NCBI GenBank assembly: GCA_035221665.1
Contig: CM069155.1
Coordinates: forward strand, 26,970,001-27,034,000
Direction of reading: 5' to 3'
DNA length: 64,000 nucleotides
Source: Okamejei kenojei
Lineage: Eukaryota
Shown: piece by piece, positions 23,401 through 36,598 of the stretch
How positions within the stretch are numbered: the stretch's first letter is position 1
Layout of the letters: each line of letters begins with the position of its first letter
Translations under genes and position numbers: made by a program
The notes under the pieces: model-generated
The model's database searches: none
Seen by the model: the letters and a program-made list of their open reading frames with translations, nothing else
What the model was told of the DNA's origin: nothing

Positions 23401-24554
23401 AAGCACGCACCTGGGAGATTTACGAAGTTCTACTAAACCTGCACACATCACAAGTGGAGCCCAGGAAGAAAGCAGTTTAAGGTTTAACAAAGTGAAGGGT
23501 TCAGATATAGCATATAAAATGGTTCAAACATCTCGTACTCAAATGCCTGTGCCTTCCCATCCAACAACTAATTACTGTACATGTTAAGAATTAATGAGCT
23601 TTAGTGCATTAATGCACTTTTTCCTTTGTCAAAAGCATTTGAAGTAAAACACTCCCAGTTTACATAAGCAATGGGATTACTTTACCTTTTGGTACCAGAG
23701 CTATCCACCGCTCCTGCACTTTGCAGTATAGTAGCGTTCAAATATAGTTTTAATTATCTATTGTGATGTCCTGTAGCTTTGGTGACTGCCAAGTAGGTGT
23801 TCTCTTATCTCTCTCTGAGACGAGGCAAATCATTCTTGGAGCTTTTGGCTGTGAAGCATTTAAAGGTATCAGACTTAATGGAAGTAGTGACGTAGGACCC
23901 TAGACTATTATTTGCCTGCTCTGGTAAACTGTATGACATCAAAAGGACAATCCAACCCGCCACCCTGAAAGAGAAGGCGGGCTATTGAGGGGCAGAAAAT
24001 AAAGGGGCTGAGACAGAGTATCAAAAGAAAAATGAAATACTTGTGCTGAGCATGCAATCCATTCCCTTGCTTGTGAGGAGTGAATATTCCATTGGTGTAT
24101 CAGAAGAGATTTGTACCCTGCTCATTGTACAATGCTACCTCCAATGACATGCTTGCCATCAACATTTCCATTAGTGTTGCTGAGCACAGATACAGTCTCT
24201 TCTGGAGTACGCCAAGGTGCTGTTGACAGCCTCCTCGAAATAAACTTCCAACAGATTCAGAATTTCTTTTGTAGGTACCCTCAATGGTCGGCAGAGGACT
24301 TACAACACATATTTGTTGCACAGATTTCACCTTGGCATTGAGAGCAATCCACAGGAGAGTGGGAAACGTACACAAATTTGGCCATTTGTGCCAACAAGGA
24401 GAATTCAGCAGGTTGGAAACAGCCTTTAATGAACCTTATAATTCTAGTCATAAATGGAGCACATGCTCCTGGGTCATTCAATAAGACTTAGGCGGAGTGA
24501 TTCACATTCCCCAAGTAAAGTTTCTTGACACTTTTTATCCTACCGAGAAGATGC

Positions 24555-25025
24555 TACCAGGCCAAGCTGGTAACTGTGTACCAACCAATGATTTAAGTTG
24601 GTAATGGAAGACCAAACAATGATCCAGAATGAAGGAGATAGTTTGGGGCAAATCAATGAAACATACCAACCCATGAACTGGGCCAGTAATTTGGGTCCAC
24701 CCAATGATCCAATTTGTGCCAATTGTAACTGGCAATGAATAACAGAATACTAACCAGTGAAACAAGTCACAGCAATGCTGTATCAACAACGAACCAAACC
24801 AGTTGTGCAAGGTCATTTGATAAATGTAGTTGCCAATGTAGCACCAATATCCAATATGGTACCAAACAATGGACCAAGTTGGTACATCATATCAACGATA
24901 TCAAAGCTTTATCTCTATACCAGCTAATGATCCAAGAAATAACATTGTTTAAACCAATGGCCAAAGTGGATACTCTGGGTTCAATCGACAAACTAAGCAA
25001 GTCATGCAGTACCAACTAATGTAGT
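24555..25025. repeat. Diverged about 31-bp CCAAT-rich minisatellite
   Basis: Recurrent CCAAGTTGGTAA...TACCAA(C/A)CAATGA units. Confidence 0.55.
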
Positions 25026-25699
25026 ATCAGGCAACACATTTTCTGATGCTGTAGTAGCAGATAGGAAATTCAAGGGTAAAGGGAGGGAGAGGGAGTGAAG
25101 TGTTGGTGGCTGTGTTCAGTATATCTAAACTATTCTCCATGTAAGACTTTCATACAAATCTGGTTAGCTTTTTCAAAAAATTCTATCAAAAAAATCAATA
25201 TCTTTTTTTTCTGTAATACTATTTTATAATCGTCACTCTAATGGACATACATATTTGTTAAACAGCAGTTCTGAGTGACAAGGTAATTCTGAAAAACCCA
25301 TTGAACCTTGACCTGTGAACAACCTCCAGCCTACTAGCTTGGTTCTGACAAATTGAAGTCCCACAAAATTCTACTTTTAACAATAGACTTTATTAACTAT
25401 TTAATTCTAAATTAATTTATTTCTCTTTATATGCCACAGTAAATAAAGCAGTGCAGATTCGATGTGTTGCTAATTTTCACAGAATCTGTTGCAATATTGG
25501 TTTTCCCATTTTAGAAAAAAAATTAAAAACAATACTCATGTAAAATGGTTATGCAGTTATTAAGAGACTGTGATTGGCCCTATTCTTACCCCTTGGCCTT
25601 ACTTTTGTTATTTTGCATTGATTCAGCAAATCACACTACACATCATCTTGAAAGATATTAAAGCTGGTATCATCAAATACATTTGGAAACAACATGAAT

Positions 25700-26170
25700 T
25701 AAGCTGGAAAGAGTGCAGCAGAGATTTACAACGAAGTTGCCATGACTTGAGTGTTTGAGTTATAGGGAAAGATTAGGCAGGCTGAAACCTTATTCCTTGG
25801 AGTTTAGGAGATTGAGTAGTGACCTTATACAGCTTTAAAAATATCATGAGGGACAAAAATGGGGTGAAGGTACAGTCTTTTCACCAGGGTTGGTGAATCA
25901 AGACCTAGCGGGCATAGGTTTCAGGTGAGAGGGGAAAGCTTTAATAGAAAACAAATGGGGAGTTTTTTTCCACATTGAGGGCGGTACGCATGTTGAATAA
26001 GCTACTAGAGGAAGTGATTGAGGCAGGTACCTAGAAACATTTAGAAATACATTGGTACAAGGTACATGGATAGGATTGGTTTAAGAGGGATATGGGTCAA
26101 ACGCAGGCAAATGGGACTAATGTAGATGGGTATCTTAGTTGGCATGGATGAGTTGGGCCAAGGGATAGTT
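25700..26170 (+). mobile_element. Degraded CR1 3' fragment
   Basis: GGGCATAGGTTTCAGGTGAGAGGGG and the GGCATGGATGAGTTGGGCC tail. Confidence 0.75.
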
Positions 26171-29100
26171 TGGTAAAATGAAGTAACCCAGAACACAAGG
26201 AGGAAATACACTGTAAAACAACTTGAAAATGTTAACTAAAATGTTACAATTGTCCGACTGCCAAGTGTGCAAATGAAGCACCACAAATATCAACTGTGAA
26301 ATTTGCTGCTGCAACATTTCTGCATCTTCTACACCGGTACCAAAAGGAAGATGACAGGAACAGATTTTGAGCTAGTAACAAGATTGGGCGATCGATGGTA
26401 ATGTGCCAATATACCCACACAACGAACCAGTTATACAAAATAATCAGATCTCCTGCCAGAAACGGCAGGGAACAATAGCCCTTACAGTCAGTACCTATCC
26501 AGACCAAGTACTAGAGAGATCAAAACACCAGAAAGTCAGCCTGCTGATATGAATAGGGATCAGTATTCAGTCAGTTAGTTCCAGTACTAAATTGCGTGAG
26601 CTATTTTTCCAGTTGCTGATCACACAGGGTCACTTGGATAAGGAAGGACAGAGATAGTGTGAGTACCTCTGAATGCACTAAATCAGCTGATTAGTGATAG
26701 CTAACACAAACAGGAGGATTACCATTCTTAAACTCAGCCAAATAACTGATTTTTTAGGCAGAAACGGTAAGGCTTAATAAATAAAATTGCTACTTCAACT
26801 GACATATTTATTTCATATCTCATATCAGTCAAATGTCAAGTTAAGAGACAATCCTCACCGATGCAATGAGAAACTCTCTGCACAATATTACATTTATAAT
26901 AATGACCTGTACATCAGTATTGGACATAATTTCAAAGTTTTGAAAATCATACAAAGATTGAAAATATGGCAAACAATGAGAGGATTGCAAGAGTTCAGAA
27001 CACAGATCAACAAAGTGTAGTTATTTGACGCAGATAAGTGCAGTGACATGCTTTGAAAAGACGATCAAAACACAATTGAAGGCACAATCTGGACCGGTGT
27101 GCAGGAACGCAAGAATCTGGGATATTTGAAGGTGGCAGGATATTCCGGGAAGCCAAATTTTTTGCTGTCTATATTACGAATATAAAGTCATGCTAAACCT
27201 TTACAAACCACTCTGAGATCTCATGGAGCATCATATTAACTTCCTGTCACGGTCCTTTACGATTGTCTAGGCCTCAGTGAAAGTGTTGATGTGATTTATC
27301 ACAATGACAGCAAGAATGAGAGATTTTATTTCTGTGGAGGTGGTAGAGCTAGAATGGTTCCCCTTACAACCGAGAAAGGCGAGAACAGATGTGGCACAGA
27401 TATTCACAATCATTAAGGATTTGAAAACCTTGTTTTGATTTGATTTTGGACCAATTTGATTTTGCTGGACAATACAGGGGATCTTCTATGCTTTTGTGCA
27501 CAGTGATAACTATGTTATACTATAGAAGTATGGTGAAGAATGCAAATATGCTCTACTAAGCCTGGACATTCTGCAAGGGTCTGGACTACAGCTGATGAAC
27601 AGAAAGCACAATATTCCATACCCTCTTCTTGCACTAGTTATGCCTCTGCCTCAGAACTACAAAGTAGTTACCCCTGGAAGCTTACTCACTTTGGTGGTTG
27701 CATGTCCAGTAGGTTCTCATCTCTTTTGCCCATTCTGATTGTGCATTGGCTTCTCATATTCAGGCAAACACCAGATGGTGCTGCAGAGCAATGGATATTT
27801 ACTCGTTTTGTGTAACATAACGTGGTGTGTTGCAATATCCCATGAACACTCTTCAAAGCTTTCAGTGTGGAATGGAAGGGGCGAGGGGTGGAATGGAGAA
27901 ACTAGACAAACTAAATAACAAATGGGTACAACGTTGTCGAAATGCTCAGAAGTCTGGGGGAAAAAAACACTACAGATACTGGAAATCTAAAAGAGCAGAA
28001 AATGCTGGAAATAGTCAGCAGAGCTGGCCACATTTGTGGATCGGGTTCTCTTCCCACAGATGCAGCCTGACCTGCTGAATATTTCCAGCATTTTACGTTT
28101 TAGTTTGTGCTCATCTGGTCCGTCAGTATTTATGGCGAACAATTAACAACTTGAAAAGTGAACTGTTTCTCTCTTCACAGATATTGCTCACCCTGCTGAG
28201 TATTCCCAGCATTTTCTTTTTCCATACCTCATCTCCCATTCATACCAAATTTATGTAATTATTCTTGCTATCACATGCTATCTTTTACACAAAAAACACA
28301 ACCTCTCTAAATGTTTAAAGTCATCTCTTGGACTTCAATCAAGTGGTTATTCTTCACATTCAAGTCAGTTACTCAACCACAGAGGAGGAGGATATCTCTG
28401 CCAAGGACAACCCCATCCTCATCCATGTTCATGCACTGGCATTTCCTAACGCCAGACAGTGAGTGGGCAGTAAGTATGTGAAATCTGATTTCCTTCCTTC
28501 CTGGATTAAAGAAAGGAAACTGTGTTCAGCACTTCTACTGCATCTTTGTTTGAGATAACCCATCTTGCTATAGATCAGGCTGAAATCAAATGCAGAATCA
28601 ACCAGCTCCATGAAGCATCAAGTGACATCTTAAACCAATGAATTCATCATGGGCCCTGACCATGGCTTCTATAAAAAAAAACCAAATAAACAATATTGCA
28701 GGATTTAAAAGGGGGGGGGGGGGGGAGGTTTTCATTTTTACAAAGCCACAATTTATTGACTCAAGAGGTCAGACTCGTACCAATAAACCGTGGTCAACAC
28801 ATGCACTCCATGACTCCTTCTGTGGACTGAGTGAACAGGCAGAATCCTGATCAAAAAGGTCAGCCAAAGGTTTCTCCAATAGCCTTGGACTCCAAACTCC
28901 ACACAACTTCCAGATATTAGAAATATAAAGTGTGCACAGAAGAGCTACAAGAGGTGAAACTAAACTCCTACAATATCACTTATAGTAGCCACGCCCAGCT
29001 CCTGGGCAAACAGTATATGGAGGTACTGAACGGGGCAAAAAAAACAAAACATGTACATGGATGGTGCTAAATCTGGGAGGCCAATACTATCAAGACAAAC

Positions 29101-30589
29101 TGAAGAGACTGCTTGATTGTATTAAGAAAAATGCTGAGGGGTCAGCTTATCAGACTTTTAAGTATGAAACAGTGTATTCATTACGTACAGGAGCTATTTT
29201 TGCACACCAGGCAACATCAAAACATGAACTCTAGAGACATGATAGCCATTGGTAAATCTAACAATTTTCAGGAAAACCTCCTTTGCCCAACTTGCTATCA
29301 AGTTAGCTGTTGAGTGGAATAGCATAAAAGTACTTTGGAGAAAACAAAATACTTGAGGGGATGGGAATAGCTAATATTGTTGGATTTGATGAAGCAAGGC
29401 GACAGGAAGCTCACGTGGAATATTCACAGTCACAGACTCACTAGACCAAGTACCCATTTCACAGTGCTGCTAGTTCCATGTTGCAAACAAAATTTAAGAT
29501 TTCCCGAATTATAGACTAAAAAAAATCAATTCTAAAAGCAGAATTCCATTATGCTATGATGTCAAGTTTTCATACCATTGAAGCAGAGTTAAAATATTCC
29601 CATGGTCCGATTTCATTTGTTTTTGCAATGCCAACTTTATCCTTGCTTGCTGTCCATGCCCAATAAGTTGCTACAACCTACTAAGCTCCAGCCTAGGAGA
29701 GAGTCGTTGGCCAGTCACAAGTCGCTTGGCAAAGCTCAGGATCAAACTCAACTGACAGATGCTATAATCTGCTATTTTATTTTAGTCCAGAACAAAGCAC
29801 TGTCTACGAAGTCCTTATACAAAAGGGGATTAAAAAAGACAAAATTGTATAAAATCTTCAACATCCAACGTAAAGATTATTAATCCAGGGAAAGAAATCT
29901 GTACAAATAGCAGTATTTCACAATTAACACCCAATACTTCATTCTTTTAAAGGCAACTAAATGAGCAAAGCAAAACTTTGAAGTTACCTCAACTTTTCGT
30001 CAGCTACTTCCTCATTTGTGTCATTGTAGATGCTTAATTTGTAACCTTTTTAAATATCCAACTCGTGTCATTTAATGCTTTATAACTGATATAGCATCTG
30101 CAAATTGCCAGCTGCCAAATGCTTAATGGGAGGTGAGAAATTACCCCTTTGTACTATGCTGTATCTTAGATTCAGCAAAACCTAAATAACCTTCCATAAG
30201 ACTAGATCACAGCATGGGTTCACCATTAGTTTGGTAACATCAATGCTCATACAAAAGTACAATAAATGTTTAAGAAGGCTTTTCTGACTAAATGTATGAT
30301 TTATGTTATTCCTATCCATATATGTAACTTTTTCTGAGAAAATGTATAATACTGTTCATCTATGATTCATTATTTTTTGTTAACCTGGTATCTCCTTTAA
30401 CAAAAGGAATCTAATATAGTAATCATAATGTTAAAAAAATTACAGAACAAAAAACTGAAATAAAACCAGAAAATGCTGGAAATACTCAGCAAACTGAGCA
30501 GCATCTGTGGAAAGAGAAGCAGAAATAACGCTCTGGGCTGATAATCCTTTCTTTGGAATTTACTTTTCCTCCTATCCCATTATACTAAT

Positions 30590-30850
30590 GCCATCTGTAT
30601 GGAGTTTGCAATGTTCTCCCTGTGACCACATACGTTTTCTCCAGGTGCTCCAGTTTCCTTCCACATCCAAAAGACGTGCAAGTTTGTAGGTTCATTAGTC
30701 TCTGCAAAATTGCCCCTAATGTGTCAGGAGTGGATGAGAAAGTGGGATAATATAGTTCGTGTGAATGGGTGATCAATGTTTGGTGTGGACTAGGTGGGCT
30801 GAAGAGCCTGTTTCCATGCCGCATCTCCAAACTAAGCAAAACTAAAGCAA
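30590..30850 (+). mobile_element. HE1-like SINE (5'-truncated)
   Basis: GGAGTTTGCA..TTCTCCC core shared with 42078-42352, and a CTAAGCAAAA tail. Confidence 0.7.
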
Positions 30851-31111
30851 ATTCTTAAACAATATATACAATCCTCTGGCATGTTTCTGTTCACTGCTTT
30901 CATAACGGATCATGGTTTTTTCAGTCAGTGATTTTCCACTGCTCATGAAGGCACTGAGTTTTACGACAGTAATTCTCCAATACCTTAATTTTATCTATGT
31001 GAACCTATACAGCAAGTGGCAGCATTGATCTTAGCTGTGATAACAGCCAAACCTAATCCTGTGGCCACACAAGTGAATTAAAACAAATTCATTGCACAAC
31101 AATCAAGATAA

Positions 31112-31440
31112 TGGGCAGTAACCTGGTGTCAATGGTAGAGCCCCTGCCTCATGGCACTGGAGAGCCAGGAACAGTTCTGGTTTTGGGTGCTGCCTGTGAG
31201 GAATTTACATGTTCTGCATGACTGCAGACCTTTCCAGCAGGCCCTCTGGTTTCTTCCCACATCCCAGAGACCTGCAGGTTGGCAGATTATCTAGCCAGTA
31301 TAAATTTTCCCCCATGTGTAGGGTGCCTGGTAGAATCTAAGGGAAGTAGATGAGAACGAGGGGAGAACTTAAAAGGGGATTAGTGTAGTAAAACTGTAAA
31401 TGGATGATAGATTGGTTGTTTCAATACTGCTCTCTCTACA
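31112..31440 (+). mobile_element. Older tRNA-derived SINE
   Basis: Degenerate version of the same head and core. Confidence 0.55.
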
Positions 31441-32142
31441 ACATTAAAGGTCAGCAGGATATTAATCTATGTTGGGAGAGGAAATACAGTTCATCGTATT
31501 CCTTCCCATATTTAACAGCCCTAAGTATTTTCCAAAGGTCACTGAATAAATAATCAGGATCACAGCAAGGTAATTTATCTCACCTACAATGCCAATAGGT
31601 TGGGATATGCCTACCAGTTAACAAGCAACTTCAAACCTGGAATATGAACAAGTCTCATTCAAAACATGATAAAATAAACATACATAAACAATAAATTAGC
31701 CTTTGAAATGTAAACAGACTACATAAATCTCAATTTAAACTCAACATTTATTGGGAAACTATTTCCAGCTTTATGAAGATATCTTTAATCCAGTAACAAA
31801 TGAAGTATAACTTTTAAGTTTTGGACACAAAGAGGAAAGGCAATGAATCAGCTATGTGTGCCTTGCTTTTTTATCTCCAAGGCATGGCTTTAATAGATAT
31901 GAAGTTTATCTTTCCCAGCAGGATGTGAAGCTGAAAACTGAAAAATAATTTGATAACATCTCCAACTAGAGGTATTTCTGGATCACAATATAAGTTCTAC
32001 TCTAAAAGGTAGCTGACAAATAGGAAAAGGATGTATTGTTTAACACATTGTAGTGATATGTCTGATTGGAGGAAGAGTTCCAAACTCACGAGACATCCAA
32101 GTAGAAAATTCCTCAGTACAAAGCCTCAAGAAATATAAAAAT

Positions 32143-32148
<6 letters not shown>

Positions 32149-32199
<51 letters not shown>
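32149..32199. repeat. (CA)n microsatellite
   Basis: About 19 perfect AC units plus an imperfect extension. Confidence 0.95.
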
Positions 32200-33299
32200 T
32201 AAAACAGAAAGACAATACTGGATAGATAAGCACATATTACTAAACTATAATATTAATTTAAATGGGAAAGTAGAAATTAATACCTATAATATTAATTTAA
32301 ATGGGAAAGTAAAAATAGCAAAATAACTTTCATCCTATCTAAATATAATCACAGAAACATTCATGAAAAGGGTAAGATCGAGATTCAGCCATACCTGCAG
32401 TCAGATGGGAACTACATTTGGGCCTGGATTTCTTTAAGTATACAAGTAGTCTCCTGCATCGAAGCTCATTTGGCATCTCAACCATCTGTGAACCCTCTGC
32501 CCAATCAGTTTTCAAAATTGTTCGAGACTGAAAGACAGCTTAAGTATATTTGCAATGATCGATTTTGTAAACATTGTGTTTCTTTATTTTTTATCTCTTG
32601 ATTTCTCCTCACGAGCTACTTAAAGACCCCACTCCCTTATCCCCCCAGGATGGTTCACCGCCTTAAATCCTCCCTCTTTCAGGCGCTACAGCGTTTACTG
32701 TAACTGTTAGCTTCAAGGCTCCATATTTAGCCTAATGGAAACAGCACTTAATTATGGCAAACTATTCACATTTATTCCTTCCCCTTCTTGCCCATATACA
32801 TGAGCAACCAATCTAAACACAGCTGACAAGCAACTCCATAACGTAATGACACATCCTCTGTTTGGAACCATCAAACTGGATTTTAGAATGAATACCACCC
32901 AAAGAATTCAGTTTGTAGGTTAATTTTAAGGCAAGGCCAAATTTGTACTGTTAATACCATTTATTATTATTATACTGTCAAGAGAATGGATGGTCTCACA
33001 TTAGCCAAATAAACACCTAATTTTATCACGTTACTTAGTAACAGTCATTTCTTTGCACTGCATCTTTTAGCTCTGGTACACTCAAACAGGTGCCTCAGAG
33101 TTTAAACATAGTTTTTAGATAAACCATACAGGCTGAAGACATATTACAGAAGATTCAGGACAGAGGCATCAATTATATTCATTTCATTTTTCCTTTCTTA
33201 CCAAAGCATCACATTATTTCTATGAATCATTTAGCACAATTCCAACCCTTTGTCAATCAATAAATTATCAATGAACTCCTAAAGCTCCATTTGTCATAT

Positions 33300-34953
33300 C
33301 TGTGACAAAATGAAAATCTGGTGTAATTGTTCTCGAGGACTCTGAAGACTCACTTATGTTTATTGATCCTTTTTCCCTCTCAAACACTTTTATTCAATAC
33401 ATTTCAAAGTTTCCATTACCAAACGTCAGGCTTCCCATTACTGAGACAGAAAGCTCTAGTTTCCACCCTAGCTTCTTTTTTTAACCAATTACTTTAATTA
33501 TTATAACATTTCCAACAGAATGCTTTCATCCTCTCGAAATGCACAGTCATTCACTACTCTGAAGAGATGACTGGCAGCCTGTTGGTGTCTGGTATCAAAG
33601 GAGATCACCACAGTGGTAAAAATGCACAGGAAAATGATGCAAGAATAAAATCTCAGGTAACTTAAAACGGTTTCGTTAAAAACTGAATTAGAACGAAGAG
33701 ATTTTGTGTGTTAAAACGCTTCAGTGAAAATTTGCACATATGTTCAAAAGGGATTAAATTTCTAAAAGCCTGGACCTTAGATCACTGTAGCATGATGGTG
33801 AAAGACCACAAGTTCTCTCTGCCTCAGTAGTAATGACTATAATGACTGCTTTCATTTTGAAAACTTGAGAGCATATGCTGTAGTTAAGTCAGCATAATTC
33901 TGGCTTTTTGTGCGGATGCACTTGTAAATACATTTACAAATATTTTCTCTTATTATCTAAATACATTTTTCCACAACTTAGCCACAAATACCGAATTGGA
34001 TACAAATACGTGCCAATCTGTTGAAAACCCTGCCAGAGATGTTTGGATTTTGAGAATTATTTTTAAAATATAAAGAAACCGTAGTAGACTATCCTTAAGC
34101 AAAATACTGAAGATGTTGAAAATCTGAAATAAAAACAAGAAATAATGGAAACACTGAATGAATAAGGCAGTATCCATAAACACAGAAAAAAGAGTTAAAG
34201 CCTCCGGATAAATACCTTTTATCAGACCAAAACATTAACTTTTTTTTTCTCTGCACAAATGCTGCCCAATGTTGAGAATAAACTTGTAATAGACCATCTC
34301 TTACTATACAGGCTAATCCATGGCTGACTCTGATTTTTTACTCTCCAATGACTAGAGCATTCAAATAATTCTGCTTGTTGTGCATCTAAGTCTTTGCAAA
34401 GGGGGAAATTGCTTCAACGAGAGATGCTCCTTCTGGGATTTGAAATTACAATTACTTTTTTTAAATAATCAGTTTATTAGTAAAACTATTTAAAAACTTA
34501 TCTAATTCATTCCATAATGTCCTTTAAAAATTTAAAATATGATATTATTGTGTAATTAGCTTATTTTGAACAAATTTCATTGGACAGACACTTACTAGCT
34601 GGCATAGGAGTATATCACTGTAACTTTCTGATTAGAAGCAGTCAAATGGAAAATTCAGCTGCAGGAGCCAACCCCCAATTCACATATTGGATGTGGTTCA
34701 AATACACCTGCTGCGTCCAAGATTTGGGACAACTGATACCTACTGCGCAAGGAATCATCTTTTGCCGAAGGCAATGTTCTGAAGTATAAAATATCAGATG
34801 GCCCTGATGGTACAGACCACACTGCCTGCAAGTTTCATCCCACCCCAAACCACATTGTTTTGTTTTGGATGTCTTATTTAAAAAAAAAACTTGTGGTCAT
34901 TCCGATCACTGCCTCCCAGCTTTGACCATGTTTTGTACTTTGCGGAGCCTCCC
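33300..34953 (-). other. PATZ1: PATZ1 3' UTR (end uncertain)
   Basis: Follows the stop codon; repeat-free and AU-rich, with minus-strand AATAAA hexamers near 34473, 33388 and 33359. Confidence 0.5.
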
Positions 34954-35444
34954 CTAAACAAGATCTGACTTTTGGTCAGCGGAGATATCAGTGCTCTGCT
35001 TGGGTTCTTGATCTGGACCAGGACCAGGATCAGGATCAGGATCTACCAAAGTTGCGCCGAATGCATTCTGCACAATCTGAAATCCAAATGACTCCAAGAG
35101 AGACATGTTCTGATGGGGTGAAAAGGGTGAGCTTAGGCTAGTGGACAAGTCATTCAGTTGCCCCTCGCTGGGTTTGACATGGGCCTTCAACATATGCTTA
35201 TTCAGGTAGGACTTGGATTTAAACACAGAGCCGCAGTCTGGGCAAGTGTACTTCTTCGGTTCTGCATATAGTTCAGCGTTGGATTCGACTTTAACTTTTC
35301 CATTGTTAAGGTCACACTGAAAGGACTCATCCTGGTCATGTTTCAAGGGAGACTTGAGGTCACTGATATCTGAGAGATCTCCAAAGGAGTCGGAGTTATC
35401 CTGCGAGTCCTGATGCTGGCACTTCATCCCATCCATCTCACCAT
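34954..35444 (-). CDS. PATZ1: PATZ1 exon 5 (last coding exon): SDSFGDLSD..., C-terminal finger YTCPDCGSVFKSKSYLNKH, SPFSPHQNMSLLESFGFQIVQ, stop TAG
   Basis: TTTTTGCAG| acceptor, phase 1, conserved PATZ1 C-terminal motifs. Total CDS 2115 nt. Confidence 0.95.
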
Positions 35445-36477
35445 CTGCAAAAACAAGGAAAACAAAAATGTTACAGCTTGCCATGGTAGGAAATTCACAA
35501 ATAAATCAAATGCTCTACCACCACTTTGCACTATTACAATGCACTGACTTTTCTGATGTGACAATAGACTGAAAAGCATTCATTTCAAGCATTTTGTTTC
35601 CCAATCAAAGCCATTCCATTCATTTACACAAATTACCTGTTAACAAAGTATTTAAATCAAGTAAAGGAACTACAAGATATGAATTTGCTTGTAGGGTCAA
35701 AAATCCTGGAATAATAATTTTCTAGTACTTGTTTGTGATAGAACCCAGAAAGCTCTTGACAACTAGCCGGACTGGGCATCAACCCAGCACTCTCTGAAAA
35801 AGGAATAAGCAATTATGATGGCTGAATGTCTGGATACAGAATAGTGCACACAATTGGGCACTTCTAAGTTTCCAGTTTCACCCAGACACCAAAATAAGAT
35901 AAACGGCAGAGCCGCAAGGGGAGAGCAAAGCCAAAGACAAATCTGAGTGGACATTCACTCACATCTACTTAGTGCTTTTGGCAGAGCAACTCAGGAATCT
36001 ACAAGGATGGAAAATCTAATCAAAGTGAATATAATAGATTTCAGAATGCAGGAAACATGTTTCCTATATTCGCTCTCAAATGAAAATTGAAAATAGTAAA
36101 ATTTAAAGCAATTTTAATAAAATAGTTAAACTAAACAGAAAATGTGAATAAAACAAGGGAGTAACAGTTGTGAATGGATATCTTTTTGAAATATGATTCA
36201 CTGAATTGTCCAGTGTTTGTATCATAATGTCATCATTAAATAATGTTACTGAAGAATTGGTTCCAACATATTGTAAGAAGCCTTGGTGAGTCAACAACAT
36301 AACCTGACACAACCCAACTTAAATAAATATGATTTTTAGCACCAATAATAAAATGTAATAAAATAATTCCATTAAATTTCATCAGCAAAGGATAGTTTCG
36401 TAATTTTTAAGTTGCGGATTGGCTGGTCTGTTTAGATACTTCTTTCTTTCTTACAGAGTATTATGTTTATATATATG

Positions 36478-36598
36478 TGTAAGAAAGAACTGCAGTTGCT
36501 GGTTTAAATCGAAGGTAGACACAAAATGCTGGAGTAACTCAGCATCTCTGGAGAGAAGGAGTGGGCGACGTTTTGAAGAAGACCCTTCTTCAAAACGT
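36478..36598 (-). mobile_element. Short Penelope-derived element with TSD-like TGTTTATATATAT flanks
   Basis: Reverse complement matches 13680-13780; flank repeated at 36464 and 36598. Confidence 0.65.

Noticed and set aside
24240-24340. Weak resemblance to a Rex1-type LINE C-terminus (VKSVQQI..PLPTIEGTY)
   Set aside because: Too short and degenerate to call from sequence alone.
32245-32311. 28-bp direct duplication; similar small duplications near 20518-20563 and 17634-17680
   Set aside because: Ordinary local slippage duplications with no further structure.
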